64,000 nucleotides of DNA from Nitrospirota bacterium (GCA_016215115.1 JACRLN010000015.1:22741-86740), one strand, 5' to 3'; numbered from the stretch's first letter, positions 41,221 through 51,699 are shown. Notes: generated by a model from the sequence alone, not told the origin. A program made the numbers and translations.

Positions 41221-41412
41221 CTACTCCTCCGTAAACGTTATTGCTTCCACAGGACAGATGTTTGCGGCTTCTTCACAATTACATGTGTTACATTTATCTT
41301 CATCTTTAACATATGCCTTATTATCGTCCTTAAGTTCAAATACCTCGGGGCAGATCTCAACACACGAGCCACATCCTATGCAGAGATCAAAGTCAATGAC
41401 AGGTTTTTTCAT
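41221..41412 (-). CDS. Small ferredoxin
   Basis: CIGCGSCVEICPEVF...CPVEAI. Confidence 0.92.
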   Translation of the reverse strand: MKKPVIDFDLCIGCGSCVEICPEVFELKDDNKAYVKDEDKCNTCNCEEAANICPVEAITFTEE

Positions 41413-42361
41413 AGTATTCTCCTTTTAGTGATTTCTCATGATCCGGCAGAACATCGTCCTGCTTTTTAACAGCTTCCTTAACCGGTAGGACACATGATCT
41501 GGACTGCGCAAAGCTGAATACTCCTCTATTCTTACCTAATTCTTTATTGCATGCAGTGATACATTCACCGCAGTTTACGCAATTTATATCTTTTCTGAGC
41601 AGTCTCGGTTTTACATTCATGAAACATACCTTTTCACATTTCTTGCAGTCTGTGCAGGCGCCCAGTTTTACGACATCTGTTTTTATTCTTAATGAAACAG
41701 GGCTGGCCCATCCAAACAACATCTGCATAAGGCCTGCACCGCATACATATTTACACAGTGTATGGCGTACGATCATTGCAGAGATAAACATATAGATTGA
41801 GACCCCGATGATCCCTGCTTTTACACCGAAAGTAAATTCCCGGTTCAATACCTGAGTCCAGACAGTCCGCGGGTTTACAAAATATCCTGTCAAAACAACT
41901 CCCATAAACAGAGGTATGGCTATCATGCTAAATAACGCAAGTATTATATAAGGGAGCCTTTTTTCCGCAGGCGCACCGGGATCATTAGGCTTTTTTGTGA
42001 AAAGGCTTCTTCTGCCAAAGATCTTCATTGTGAAGAAATCAAAGAGCTCAAACAATGCGCCTTCTGGGCAAAACCACCCGCAAAAGAATCTTCCGGTAAG
42101 CGCCCCGAGAATCGGGAAAATGCTCAGGACAGTGATCCAGGGCAATACCGCCTTAAGGAAGAACCGCCACGCTACATGTGACGCATTTTCAAAGGACTGG
42201 TTTAAATAAAAACCCTCCTCTAATCCGATACTCCATTCTTTTCCAAATACAATCAGACTCCTTGTATCAGAGTCGATTCTCAGGATATCAAGAAAAGGAG
42301 CGCCTATTATCAGAAGGATGAAAAAAATCTGGGTGGCTCTGCGATAAGTAGAAATCTGCAT
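41393..42361 (-). CDS. NapH/MauN/FixG-family 4Fe-4S membrane protein
   Basis: FFCGWFCP, LCKYVC, CTDCKKCEKVC, CVNCGECITAC; multiple TMs. Confidence 0.85.
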   Translation of the reverse strand: MQISTYRRATQIFFILLIIGAPFLDILRIDSDTRSLIVFGKEWSIGLEEGFYLNQSFENASHVAWRFFLKAVLPWITVLSIFPILGALTGRFFCGWFCPEGALFELFDFFTMKIFGRRSLFTKKPNDPGAPAEKRLPYIILALFSMIAIPLFMGVVLTGYFVNPRTVWTQVLNREFTFGVKAGIIGVSIYMFISAMIVRHTLCKYVCGAGLMQMLFGWASPVSLRIKTDVVKLGACTDCKKCEKVCFMNVKPRLLRKDINCVNCGECITACNKELGKNRGVFSFAQSRSCVLPVKEAVKKQDDVLPDHEKSLKGEYYEKTCH

Positions 42362-42395
42362 GTTTTTTTATAACATTTGTCCGGGTTGTAAAACC

Positions 42396-42409
42396 ATGAG
42401 CTAAATCAT
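42396..42409 (-). promoter_or_regulatory. CRP/FNR-type box upstream of the NapH-like gene
   Basis: ATGAGCTAAATCAT, 23 bp from a TATAAA -10 (42367-42372). Confidence 0.6.
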
Positions 42410-42422
42410 AGGGCGGGCTAAC

Positions 42423-42592
42423 TAATGAGTTCATAAGTAAAGACACATAAATTAAGCGTCATGCCCGAAGCCTGCCCCCGCAGGTTGTAAGCGGGGGTTC
42501 TTAATCGGGCATCCAGTTCTTTAGCTGTCTGGATTCCCGCTCAACGGACTGCGGGAATGACAAGCTATGTGGCTTTACTTATGACCGCCTTA
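42423..42592. mobile_element. Inverted copy of the 12131-12272 MITE with a nested insertion
   Basis: Same TIRs and core, plus extra gcctgcccccgcaggttgtaagcggggg. Confidence 0.7.
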
Positions 42593-42636
42593 GTAACTAT
42601 TTAAGAAAACATAATAAAAAGACGATATTATGAGTT

Positions 42637-45087
42637 ATGAACCTCAATTGTGCGGCGAAAGAGCGAAAACGTTTAACAGCATTCATTGATTTTCTCATAA
42701 TCGGAATTCTCGGAAGTGCACTGTATTTAATAGCCGTTCAAACGGAAGCGCACTTAATAATTGACCAATGGGCTGAAGGCAGGCGTTTTTTAGGGCTTGA
42801 GCTTGACGAGGCTTTTGTAATATTCGCATTTTTAGGGATTGCTTTCAGTGTTTTCAGCCTGCGCAGGTGGAATGAGCTTAGCCATGAAATTTCAGAACGC
42901 AAACGACTGCAAAAAGCGCTTGAGGAAGAAATAGCAAAGACTCAAAATTATCTTAATATTGCAGGAGTCATGTTTGTGGCTATCGACAAAGAGCAGAAAA
43001 TTTTTCTGATGAATGACAAAGGCTGTAAGATCTTAGGATACGATAAAAGTGAGATTATCGGTAAAAACTGGTTTGATACCTTCCTTCCAGAAAGAATAAA
43101 ACATGATGTAAAAGCTGTCTTTATAAAGTTGATAGCCGGAGATGTTAGTCCTGTCGAGTATTTTGAAAACCCTGTTTTAACAAAGAGCGGAGAAGAGAGA
43201 ATTATAGCCTGGCATAACATGATATTGAGGGATGAAAGAGGGAAAATTACAGGTACCCTTAGTTCAGGAGAAGACATCACCGAACGCAAATACGCAGAGG
43301 ATGTGTTAATGGAGAGCGAAGAACGGTTTCACTCTGTTGCACAATCTGCAACCGATGCCATTATTTCAATAGACAGCAGCGGGGTTATAGTTTTCTGGAA
43401 TACTTCGGCAGAAAGACTTTTTGACTACCCTGTTGAAGAAGCGATTGATAAATCACTTACAATTATAATGCCTCATCAATTTCGTGAAGCCCACCAAAAG
43501 GGACTCAGCAGACTTACTTCAACCGGTGAATCAAGCCTTATTGGAAAAACAATTGAAATAGTCGGACTCAAGAAGGACGGCAGCGAATTTCCTATAGAGC
43601 TGACCCTTTCAACGTGGAAAACAAATAAAGGGACGTTTTTTACCGCTATCGTACGTGATATCACAAGCCGCAAGCAGGCAGAGCAGATGCTGCTGGAATC
43701 AGAGGAGAAATTCAGAAATTTAGCAGAGCAATCGTTAGTCGGTATTTATCTTGTACAGGATGAGAAATTCAGGTATGTCAATCCTGTGCTGGCTGAGATA
43801 TTTGGTTATGCGGTCGAAGAGTTGATAGACAAAAAGCAGACAGTTGACCTGGTACTTCCGGAAGATTTGCCAGTTGTCAGGGAAAATGTAAGAAGAAGGG
43901 AATCAGGAGAAGTCCAATCCATTCATTACGATTTTAGAGGGAGAAAAAAGAACGGAGAGATTATTTATGTAGATGTTTATGGCTCCAAAACCTTATATCA
44001 GGGACGGCCTGCAGTTATAGGGACTTTACTGGACATCACCGGGCGCAAACATGCAGAAGATCGGATCATGAGGCAGAGCCGGGAGATTGAGTCAAGGAAT
44101 GTGGAACTATCAACGCTCTATAAAATTTCATCAGCAATAAGCTGCACAATAAACATAAACGATCTTTTTTCCAACATACTGAATACCATCACAGAGATCG
44201 ATATAATGAAGGTTGAACGCAGAGGCGGCATACTTCTCATTGACGGCGATAAGATGAACCTTGTTTCACATCTCGGTCATCCTGCAGCATTTCTGGATAT
44301 GCATAAAAATATGACTGTAAATGATTGCCTCTGCGGTTTGGCGGCAAGGACTGGAGAGATGATAATCTCAAAAAATTCCCATACGGACTGCCATCATACA
44401 ATAAACTATCCGGGCATGACACCTCACGGACATATTATTATACCGCTAAAAGTGATAGATAAAATTATTGGAGTGTTATATCTCTATTTGCCTGTTGATT
44501 TTGATATAGATGAGAGGACCATACAGACTTTCATTGCCATAGGCAACCAGATTGGGATAGCCATTAACAACTGCCTGCTTCATGAAAAAGCGAAAATGCT
44601 TTCACTTTATGACCCGCTTACTAAAGTCGCCAATAGAAATCTTATGAATGTTGAACTGGAGAAAAATTTTGCGAGATCAAAGAGGTTTAAGAGCCCGTTT
44701 TCCATAATCATGACGGATCTGGATAATTTCAAGGCATATAATGACACTTACGGTCATACATATGGTGACAGGCTGCTTGTTAAAGTTGCGAAAATTCTTT
44801 CAACAAAAGTAAGAACCGTGGACCTTGTTGCCAGATACGGAGGAGAAGAATTTTTAATTATCCTTCCTGATACGGAGCTAAAAGGGGCCTGTGAGGTAGC
44901 CGAAAGAATAAGGAAATCTGTTGAGGCCATGACAGCTGTTACACTCAGTCTCGGCGTTATATCCTATTCTTCAGAGATATTAAATATGGAAGCCTTCATA
45001 AAACAGGAAGATGATGCCTTATACCGGGCTAAACAAAAAGGCAAAAACCGTGTTGAAGTAAGTAATACCGGAATGAAAGTAGGGTGA
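42637..45087 (+). CDS. Membrane PAS-PAS-PAS-GAF diguanylate cyclase
   Basis: DPLT, DLDNFKAYNDTYGH, RxxD I-site (RTVD), GGEEF. Confidence 0.93.
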   Translation: MNLNCAAKERKRLTAFIDFLIIGILGSALYLIAVQTEAHLIIDQWAEGRRFLGLELDEAFVIFAFLGIAFSVFSLRRWNELSHEISERKRLQKALEEEIAKTQNYLNIAGVMFVAIDKEQKIFLMNDKGCKILGYDKSEIIGKNWFDTFLPERIKHDVKAVFIKLIAGDVSPVEYFENPVLTKSGEERIIAWHNMILRDERGKITGTLSSGEDITERKYAEDVLMESEERFHSVAQSATDAIISIDSSGVIVFWNTSAERLFDYPVEEAIDKSLTIIMPHQFREAHQKGLSRLTSTGESSLIGKTIEIVGLKKDGSEFPIELTLSTWKTNKGTFFTAIVRDITSRKQAEQMLLESEEKFRNLAEQSLVGIYLVQDEKFRYVNPVLAEIFGYAVEELIDKKQTVDLVLPEDLPVVRENVRRRESGEVQSIHYDFRGRKKNGEIIYVDVYGSKTLYQGRPAVIGTLLDITGRKHAEDRIMRQSREIESRNVELSTLYKISSAISCTININDLFSNILNTITEIDIMKVERRGGILLIDGDKMNLVSHLGHPAAFLDMHKNMTVNDCLCGLAARTGEMIISKNSHTDCHHTINYPGMTPHGHIIIPLKVIDKIIGVLYLYLPVDFDIDERTIQTFIAIGNQIGIAINNCLLHEKAKMLSLYDPLTKVANRNLMNVELEKNFARSKRFKSPFSIIMTDLDNFKAYNDTYGHTYGDRLLVKVAKILSTKVRTVDLVARYGGEEFLIILPDTELKGACEVAERIRKSVEAMTAVTLSLGVISYSSEILNMEAFIKQEDDALYRAKQKGKNRVEVSNTGMKVG

Positions 45088-45088
45088 T

Positions 45089-45994
45089 ATGGCAAAACTG
45101 AATTGCTGGGAATTTAAAAAATGCGGAAGGGAGCCGGGCGGCGACAAAGTGTCCGAATTCGGTATATGTCCGGTAGCGCTTGAGGACCGGACAGACGGAG
45201 TGAATAATGGGAAGCACGCGGGCCGGGCCTGCTGGGTTATTGCCGGTACCTTTTGCGGAGGAAAGATTCAGGGGACGTCTGCTGTCAAGATCGACACCTG
45301 CATGAAGTGCGACTTTTACAAGGCGGTCCTTGACGAGGAAAAGCTGAATTTCCAGACCGCTCAGGATATACAGGACAAAATAACAAGACATATATTTACA
45401 GTAGGGCAGCCCCTGCAGCTTAACTCTAAAAAGCACAAAGATGTATGGACTAATTTAACAGGCTGGGAGGCAAATACATGCCTTATTGCACAGCTTCCTT
45501 ACACAGGAGGCGCTCCTATAGATTTATTCAGCAGGGATAAATGCACGATCAGATTTATTAATGACGATAACGCCTTTGGTTTTGAGACTAAAGTGATACA
45601 CGTGCAGTACCACCCGATCCCGTTGCTTTTTTTAAGATACCCTTCTGTTATTAAAAAACTTCCTTTTAGAAGACATAAAAGATTAAAGGTCAATATCCCT
45701 GCCAAATTATATTATGACGGGGAACTTGCTGTTGAGGCCCTTGTTGCCGACATTAGCGAAGGCGGTTGCCTTTTGAAAGTATTATCAATTAATGCCAAAG
45801 AGTTTAGCGCTGACAAAAACTGCAGGCTGACATTTTCAATCCTCGATACCGCTCTCGAACGTCTCGAGACTTCAGTCAAGAATATTCATATACATGAAAA
45901 CATGAAAATGTTAGGCGTGGAGTTTAATAATATCAGTCCGGAAAACCTGAAGATCATAAAATCGTTTCTGGATATTCTCGGCAGTTCGGCTTGA
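45089..45994 (+). CDS. Two-CW domain fused to PilZN/PilZ (YcgR-like c-di-GMP effector)
   Basis: NCWEFKKCG...GRACWVIAGTFCGG; RRHKR and DISEGG PilZ motifs. Confidence 0.85.
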   Translation: MAKLNCWEFKKCGREPGGDKVSEFGICPVALEDRTDGVNNGKHAGRACWVIAGTFCGGKIQGTSAVKIDTCMKCDFYKAVLDEEKLNFQTAQDIQDKITRHIFTVGQPLQLNSKKHKDVWTNLTGWEANTCLIAQLPYTGGAPIDLFSRDKCTIRFINDDNAFGFETKVIHVQYHPIPLLFLRYPSVIKKLPFRRHKRLKVNIPAKLYYDGELAVEALVADISEGGCLLKVLSINAKEFSADKNCRLTFSILDTALERLETSVKNIHIHENMKMLGVEFNNISPENLKIIKSFLDILGSSA

Positions 45995-46077
45995 AACGGG
46001 TTTTAGATGTGATATAGTTACTTATAGAAGAAGCTGTATGCAATAGGGGCTGATAACCATCTTAACGGGTAAAAGCA

Positions 46078-49000
46078 ATGTTTAAATCCCTTACAGCAAA
46101 ATGTATCTTTATAAGCCTCACAATCCTTTCATTCATAACCATCCTCCTATATACAAGTTTCCGGTTTACGCATCACATAGAAGGAGAAGCCGCAAAGATA
46201 AACCTTGCAGGAGAGATGCGGTTTCGTTCCTTTGAGATGGCATGGCTGTCTCAAAAGATTGTGGAAAGGATTCATGAAAAGACAAAAACAGAGAGAGCGT
46301 CGTCAATAGCGGAACTTAAGCATGAGATTAATAATTTTGAAAAGATAACAGGGGAGTTAACAAACGGCAACAGGGCGCTTAATATTAAACCCATCGGATA
46401 TCACAGCAAAGAAGAGCTGTTGATTTTCAACGGTCTTCTTGATGAATGGAATAACATCTTCAAGCCGGCGTTGTTAAAGATAATTGAGCTTCCTGAGGAT
46501 TATACGGAAGTTCAGGCCAGGGAAGTATTAGAAGAATACGACAGGCGTATTCATGGATACGTATATAAAATAGACAGGTTTGTAAAGGCTATTGAAGAGC
46601 ATTATGAGGAAGAGATTGAGGAGTATGATAACTTCAGATTTTTAATCATATGGCTTTTTGTGTTTATTGCCATTCCTATTATTATTTTTGTAAGGAATTC
46701 CATAGTAAGGCCCATCCTGAGATTAAAAGATACCGTCTTAGAGATAGAAAAAGGCAATTTTAACGTCAGAACTGAAGTAAGAACCAAAGACGAGATAGGA
46801 TTGCTCGCAAATACATTCAATGACATGGCGAGTACATTGGGGCAGCTTTTTCATGAAAATAAAGAGCATCTTAAAGAACTAAATATATTGAATGAAATTT
46901 CAAGTGCGGCAAGCAGGTCGCTTACCCTTGAGGTTATGCTTGACATGGTTATGGACTCGATACTGAACCTTGAGCCTTTGAAGCTTGAGAAAAAAGGCGC
47001 GATATTCCTGTGCGACGAAAAGGGAAAGACCCTTCAGCTTGTCGTATCGCGCAATTTCCCTGATGAACAGAAAAGAGGATGCGCCTTTGTTCCTTACGGG
47101 GAATGCATTTGCGGAATTAGCGCTGAAAAAAATGAGATGCTGATATCTGAAAGCAGTGTTGAAGACAAAAGGCATTCAAAGGTAAATAGCGGTGCAAAAG
47201 AGCACGGGCATATAATCCTTCCTCTGAAATCAAGGGACAAGAAAATCGGGATACTCTGTCTTTATCTGCCGGCAGGGATAAGACTGTCGGGCCGGGAGGA
47301 GGAAGTCTATAAGTCCATCGCCGATATCATCTCTGTTTCCATGCAGAACGCCCTTAACCACAGGCAGGTTGCCATGCTTGCTCAATCCCTTGAAAGCAGT
47401 ATCGATATGATAGTCATCACTGATATTGAAGGCAAAATAACGTATGTCAATTCAGCAGGGATAAGACAAACAGGATATTCGCAGGATGAATTGATGGGTC
47501 AGCCCGTCTCTATTATACAGTCTCCCAATAACCCCGGTGGGCGTGGAGAGGAGATTTTCAGAAAAACTCTTGAAGGCGGATGGTTTGGAGAGACTATTAA
47601 TAGAAGGAAAGACGGCTCCGAATTCCCTGTGCTGTTGACAACATCGCCTGTAAAAGACGCAGAGGGTAACATTATTGCGCTCATAGGTATTGCAAGAGAC
47701 ATTACAGATATGGAGAAAGTAGAAGAAGCTTTGCGAAAAAGTGAAGCCAGTCTTCGTAAGGCCCAGCAGATTGCCAGTCTTGGGAACTGGGATTGGGATA
47801 TAGTAAGAAACGAATTGAGCTGGTCTGATGAGATTTATCGCATTTTTGGTTTAACTCCCCAGGAATTTGGGGCAACATATGAGGCATTTTTGAAATCCGT
47901 CTATCCTGATGACAGGGAGCATGTGAAAGAATCGGTTAATCAGGCTTTATATGAGAGAAAGCCTTACAGCATTGACCACCGTATAGTTCTGCCGGACGGC
48001 ACAGAGCGCGTTGTACACGAACAGGCAGAAGTCGTTTTTGATGAGTCCGGCAAACCGGTTCTCATGTCCGGCACAGTACAGGACATCACGGGACTCAAAC
48101 AGGCTGAAAAAGAACTTCGCAGGAATTACGATATCCAGAATGTGATTAATGTAATTTTAAGCTTCTCGCTGGAAGATATCCCTATTGAAAAAGTCCTGAA
48201 GCGCACGATGGACCTGCTTCTTTCGATCCCCTGGCTTTCATTTGAATCAAGGGGCTGTATATTCACTGTTGAAGAGGACACCGGCATACTGGTAATGAAA
48301 GCTCAAAGCGGACTTTCCATACCGATTCAGAAGGAATGCGCACGAATTCCTTTCGGCCGATGCCTTTGCGGACAGGCGGCCTTGACACAGGAAATACAAT
48401 TTGCCGGCTGCCTCAACAAAATGCATGAGATTCGCTATGAAGGCATTACCTCTCATGGACATTACTGCACCCCTGTTTTATTTGGAGGCAAAACTATCGG
48501 GGTGATAAATATATATTTAAAAGAAGGTCATCACCGCAATCAACAGGAAGAAGAATTTCTGACCGCTGTCGCCAATGCGCTGTCCGGCATCATAATGCGA
48601 AAGAAGGCGGAGAAGGCGCTTGAGAAGTTTAATGAGGAACTTCTGGAAAAGGTTAAAGAAAGAACTGAAGAGCTTGAACAAGCAAAACTTCAGGCAGAGG
48701 CGGCGAACAGGGCCAAGTCGGATTTTCTCGCAAACATGTCACATGAACTGAGAACGCCTCTTAATTCAATCATCGGTTTTTCCCAGTTAATGATTGACAG
48801 AATAGCGGGCGCTACTACAGATGAGCAGAAGGAATATCTGACAGATATTTATGACAGTGGAAAACACCTGCTTTCGCTGATAAATGATATCCTTGATTTG
48901 TCAAAAATCGAGGCGGGGAAAGTAGAGCTTGATCTCTCGGAATTCGACCTGAAAGAACTTATTGACAGGAGCCTTGTTATGTTTAAGGAAAAAGTGCTGA

Positions 49001-49863
49001 AGCACTACATAAGGCTTCAGGTTGAGGTAGAAGAAGGGATTGGCGCTATCACGGCGGATGAGAGGAAGATAAAGCAGGTTTTGTTTAATCTTCTTAGCAA
49101 TGCGTTTAAGTTTACGCTGGACGGGGGCAGCGTGCGCTTATGCGCACGGAGAGTGTCCGGTGTAGGGGCAGGGCTTGCCCCTGCCCTGCATGAAAAAGGG
49201 CAATCGCAAGGGTTGCCCCTACAAGATTTCATCGAAATCAGTGTCGAGGATTCCGGAATTGGTATCTCAGTGGAAGACCAGCCAAGGCTTTTTCAGCCGT
49301 TTCAGCAGCTCGAATCGCCGATGTTAAAGAAGCGTCCCGGCACAGGGCTCGGACTCAATCTGTGCAGACAACTTGTAAAACTTCATGGGGGCAGAATATG
49401 GGTTGAAAGCGAGCCCGGCAAGGGAAGCAAATTTATATTTGTGATTCCGCGTAAAGTAAATAAGCCTGTCGAACAAAGAATAATAGACCCTTTAAGAAGG
49501 GTTCTTACGTGGCAACGCTTTTTGGCACATCTTGAGAGATTTCTATCTTTTTACAAAAGGAATAAGCGCCAGCTTGGACTGATGAAGGTAAAGTTTTACG
49601 AAATAAACAGACCCGAAAAACATGTCTTTATTGTTAAAGTATTGAAGGATAATATCCGAAGATATGAAGTAATAACATATAATGAAGACAATGATTGCTA
49701 TTACATTATCCTCCTTGATGCTGACAGTCAGGCAGTGGACCATGCTGCCAACAGGATAGGCACAGTGTTGAAAGAAAACGGACATCCTAATATTATAAAG
49801 ACCGCAGTCTATATACAAGACGGAGAAACGGTTGAGGAGTTGTTAAAAGCGTTGAATAAGTGA
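46078..49863 (+). CDS. NarX/PilJ-type sensor-HAMP-GAF-PAS histidine kinase
   Basis: P-box-like AAKINLAGEMRFRS, HAMP DEIGLLA, MSHELRTPL, NLLSNAFKFT, GTGLGL. Confidence 0.92.
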   Translation: MFKSLTAKCIFISLTILSFITILLYTSFRFTHHIEGEAAKINLAGEMRFRSFEMAWLSQKIVERIHEKTKTERASSIAELKHEINNFEKITGELTNGNRALNIKPIGYHSKEELLIFNGLLDEWNNIFKPALLKIIELPEDYTEVQAREVLEEYDRRIHGYVYKIDRFVKAIEEHYEEEIEEYDNFRFLIIWLFVFIAIPIIIFVRNSIVRPILRLKDTVLEIEKGNFNVRTEVRTKDEIGLLANTFNDMASTLGQLFHENKEHLKELNILNEISSAASRSLTLEVMLDMVMDSILNLEPLKLEKKGAIFLCDEKGKTLQLVVSRNFPDEQKRGCAFVPYGECICGISAEKNEMLISESSVEDKRHSKVNSGAKEHGHIILPLKSRDKKIGILCLYLPAGIRLSGREEEVYKSIADIISVSMQNALNHRQVAMLAQSLESSIDMIVITDIEGKITYVNSAGIRQTGYSQDELMGQPVSIIQSPNNPGGRGEEIFRKTLEGGWFGETINRRKDGSEFPVLLTTSPVKDAEGNIIALIGIARDITDMEKVEEALRKSEASLRKAQQIASLGNWDWDIVRNELSWSDEIYRIFGLTPQEFGATYEAFLKSVYPDDREHVKESVNQALYERKPYSIDHRIVLPDGTERVVHEQAEVVFDESGKPVLMSGTVQDITGLKQAEKELRRNYDIQNVINVILSFSLEDIPIEKVLKRTMDLLLSIPWLSFESRGCIFTVEEDTGILVMKAQSGLSIPIQKECARIPFGRCLCGQAALTQEIQFAGCLNKMHEIRYEGITSHGHYCTPVLFGGKTIGVINIYLKEGHHRNQQEEEFLTAVANALSGIIMRKKAEKALEKFNEELLEKVKERTEELEQAKLQAEAANRAKSDFLANMSHELRTPLNSIIGFSQLMIDRIAGATTDEQKEYLTDIYDSGKHLLSLINDILDLSKIEAGKVELDLSEFDLKELIDRSLVMFKEKVLKHYIRLQVEVEEGIGAITADERKIKQVLFNLLSNAFKFTLDGGSVRLCARRVSGVGAGLAPALHEKGQSQGLPLQDFIEISVEDSGIGISVEDQPRLFQPFQQLESPMLKKRPGTGLGLNLCRQLVKLHGGRIWVESEPGKGSKFIFVIPRKVNKPVEQRIIDPLRRVLTWQRFLAHLERFLSFYKRNKRQLGLMKVKFYEINRPEKHVFIVKVLKDNIRRYEVITYNEDNDCYYIILLDADSQAVDHAANRIGTVLKENGHPNIIKTAVYIQDGETVEELLKALNK
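49162..49222. repeat. GTAG REP doublet in frame in the HATPase domain
   Basis: gtaggggcagggcttgcccctgccc...gggcaatcgcaagggttgcccctac encodes VGAGLAPALHEKGQSQGLPL. Confidence 0.85.
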
Positions 49864-49880
49864 ACAGTGGTATTGCCGGT

Positions 49881-50035
49881 TTATTGACCCGAAAATATCT
49901 TTAAAGTTGTCATTCCGGCAGTCCTTAAGCCGGAATCCACCCTTCGACAGGCTCAGGGTGACATTTGTCATGGTGAGCTTGTCAAACCATGGATTCCCGC
50001 TCAAAAGACTGCGGGAATGACGGACAAAGGGTAAA
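49881..50035. repeat. Composite REP element with nested cccttcgacaggctcagggtgac repeat
   Basis: Same flanks as the 17017-17137 element, with a different repeat in the middle. Confidence 0.7.
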
Positions 50036-50075
50036 AAATCGACTTTATAAATACACACTAAGTAACCGACTATAT

Positions 50076-50447
50076 ATGAAGATACTCATAGTTGATGATG
50101 ACGCAAAAAACCGCAAGCTTTTAAAAGCCGCTCTTCAGCATTGTGAATATGAGACAATAGAAGCTGACAATGGCTACCGCGCCGTCAGAATTGCAAGAGA
50201 GAATATGCCGGATCTGATCTTAATGGACGTCCAGATGCCGGTAATGGACGGCATAAGTGCATTAAAGGCTATTCGTGCAGAAGAAGGAATGAAGCATATC
50301 CCGGTAATAGCGGTAACTTCTTATGCCATGAAAGGCGATCTGGAGAAATTTCTTACAGAGGGATTTGACAGTTGTATGACAAAACCAATAGATATAAAGG
50401 AATTCATAGAAGTGGTTGAGAAGTATTTAAAAGGAAGGGAACAGTGA
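50076..50447 (+). CDS. Single-domain response regulator (DivK/CheY-like)
   Basis: ILIVDDD, LMDVQMP, VTSYAM, TKP. The ORF-track N-terminal extension is REP DNA. Confidence 0.9.
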   Translation: MKILIVDDDAKNRKLLKAALQHCEYETIEADNGYRAVRIARENMPDLILMDVQMPVMDGISALKAIRAEEGMKHIPVIAVTSYAMKGDLEKFLTEGFDSCMTKPIDIKEFIEVVEKYLKGREQ

Positions 50448-50574
50448 ATATAGTTATGTCATTGACCTGAAAATACCTTTAAAACTGTCATTCCGGCAGT
50501 CTTTAAGCGGGAATGACAAAGTAAGGTAAACCTGTTATAAGTACAGTGGATTACGAATCAAACATGGAGACAAT

Positions 50575-51636
50575 TTGCCTGAAGAAACCAAAAAGCCTAA
50601 TATCCTCATAGTTGACGATGAAGAGCGAAACCTTAAGCTTATGTCTGCCATACTAATAAATTATAATTATGTCTTTGAAACGGCAAAAAACGGTCTTGAG
50701 GCATTGGAGAAAACAGAAAAATTTAAACCTGATCTGATTTTTCTTGACATCATGATGCCCGAGATGGACGGATATGAAACATGCAGAAGACTCAAAGAAA
50801 ATCCTGCAACGCAACATATCCCTATTGTGATAGTAACTGCGCTTATGGACAGAGGAGCCCTGCTTAAAGGTCTTGAGACAGGCGCAAATGATTTCCTCTT
50901 AAAACCTGTGGATCCAGCAGAGGTTGCCATAAGGGCAAAAAACCTTCTGAAGATAAAAGAATTTGAGGATTTTCTTAAAAAGCACAATGAATTGCTTGAT
51001 GCAGAAGTAAAGAGAAAAACAATGCAGTTAAAAGACAGTTATGTTGATACGATACACAGGCTTACAAAGGTTGCTGAATATAAAGATGAAGATACCGCGT
51101 CTCACATAAAGAGGTCCGGCTATTACTCAACAATATTAGCGCGTAAATCAGGATGGACGGAGGAAGAAATCGAGAACGTTTTTTATGCGGCGCCAATGCA
51201 TGATATAGGCAAGATCGGCATTCCTGCAGAGATACTCCTTAAACCTGCCGGGCTTAACCCGGAGGAGTTTGCGCTTATGAAGACACATACAATTATAGGA
51301 GCTAACATTCTAAGCAGTAAGACCTCCAAAATTATTCAGATTGCAGAGATAATCGCTTTGAGCCATCATGAGAGATGGGATGGGTCAGGATATCCAAAAG
51401 GACTTCAACAGGAAGCAATACCTATTGAGGGAAGGATATACAATATTTGCGACCAGTATGACGCACTCCGCAGTAAAAGACCGTACAAACCTGCATTTGA
51501 CCATGAAAAGACCTTTAAGATTATTACAGAAGGCGACGGAAGGACCAGGCCGGAACACTTTGACCCGAAAATACTCGAGGCATTTAAAGATTCTCACAGG
51601 GAATTTGAAGAAATATATGAAACGCATAAAGATTAG
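50575..51636 (+). CDS. REC-HD-GYP cyclic di-GMP phosphodiesterase (RpfG-like)
   Basis: [23 protein letters not shown]. Confidence 0.93.
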   Translation: MPEETKKPNILIVDDEERNLKLMSAILINYNYVFETAKNGLEALEKTEKFKPDLIFLDIMMPEMDGYETCRRLKENPATQHIPIVIVTALMDRGALLKGLETGANDFLLKPVDPAEVAIRAKNLLKIKEFEDFLKKHNELLDAEVKRKTMQLKDSYVDTIHRLTKVAEYKDEDTASHIKRSGYYSTILARKSGWTEEEIENVFYAAPMHDIGKIGIPAEILLKPAGLNPEEFALMKTHTIIGANILSSKTSKIIQIAEIIALSHHERWDGSGYPKGLQQEAIPIEGRIYNICDQYDALRSKRPYKPAFDHEKTFKIITEGDGRTRPEHFDPKILEAFKDSHREFEEIYETHKD

Positions 51637-51645
51637 TTTCCCCAT

Positions 51646-51676
51646 AAAAAAAGGTCGGGCTTTCAACCCGACCTTT
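51646..51676. terminator. Hairpin terminator between convergent HD-GYP and norB genes
   Basis: AAAAAAAGGTCGGG-ctttcaa-CCCGACCTTT; the A-run reads as a U-tract on the minus strand. Confidence 0.65.
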
Positions 51677-51699
51677 CGGATTTCCTGATTTATTCCATT

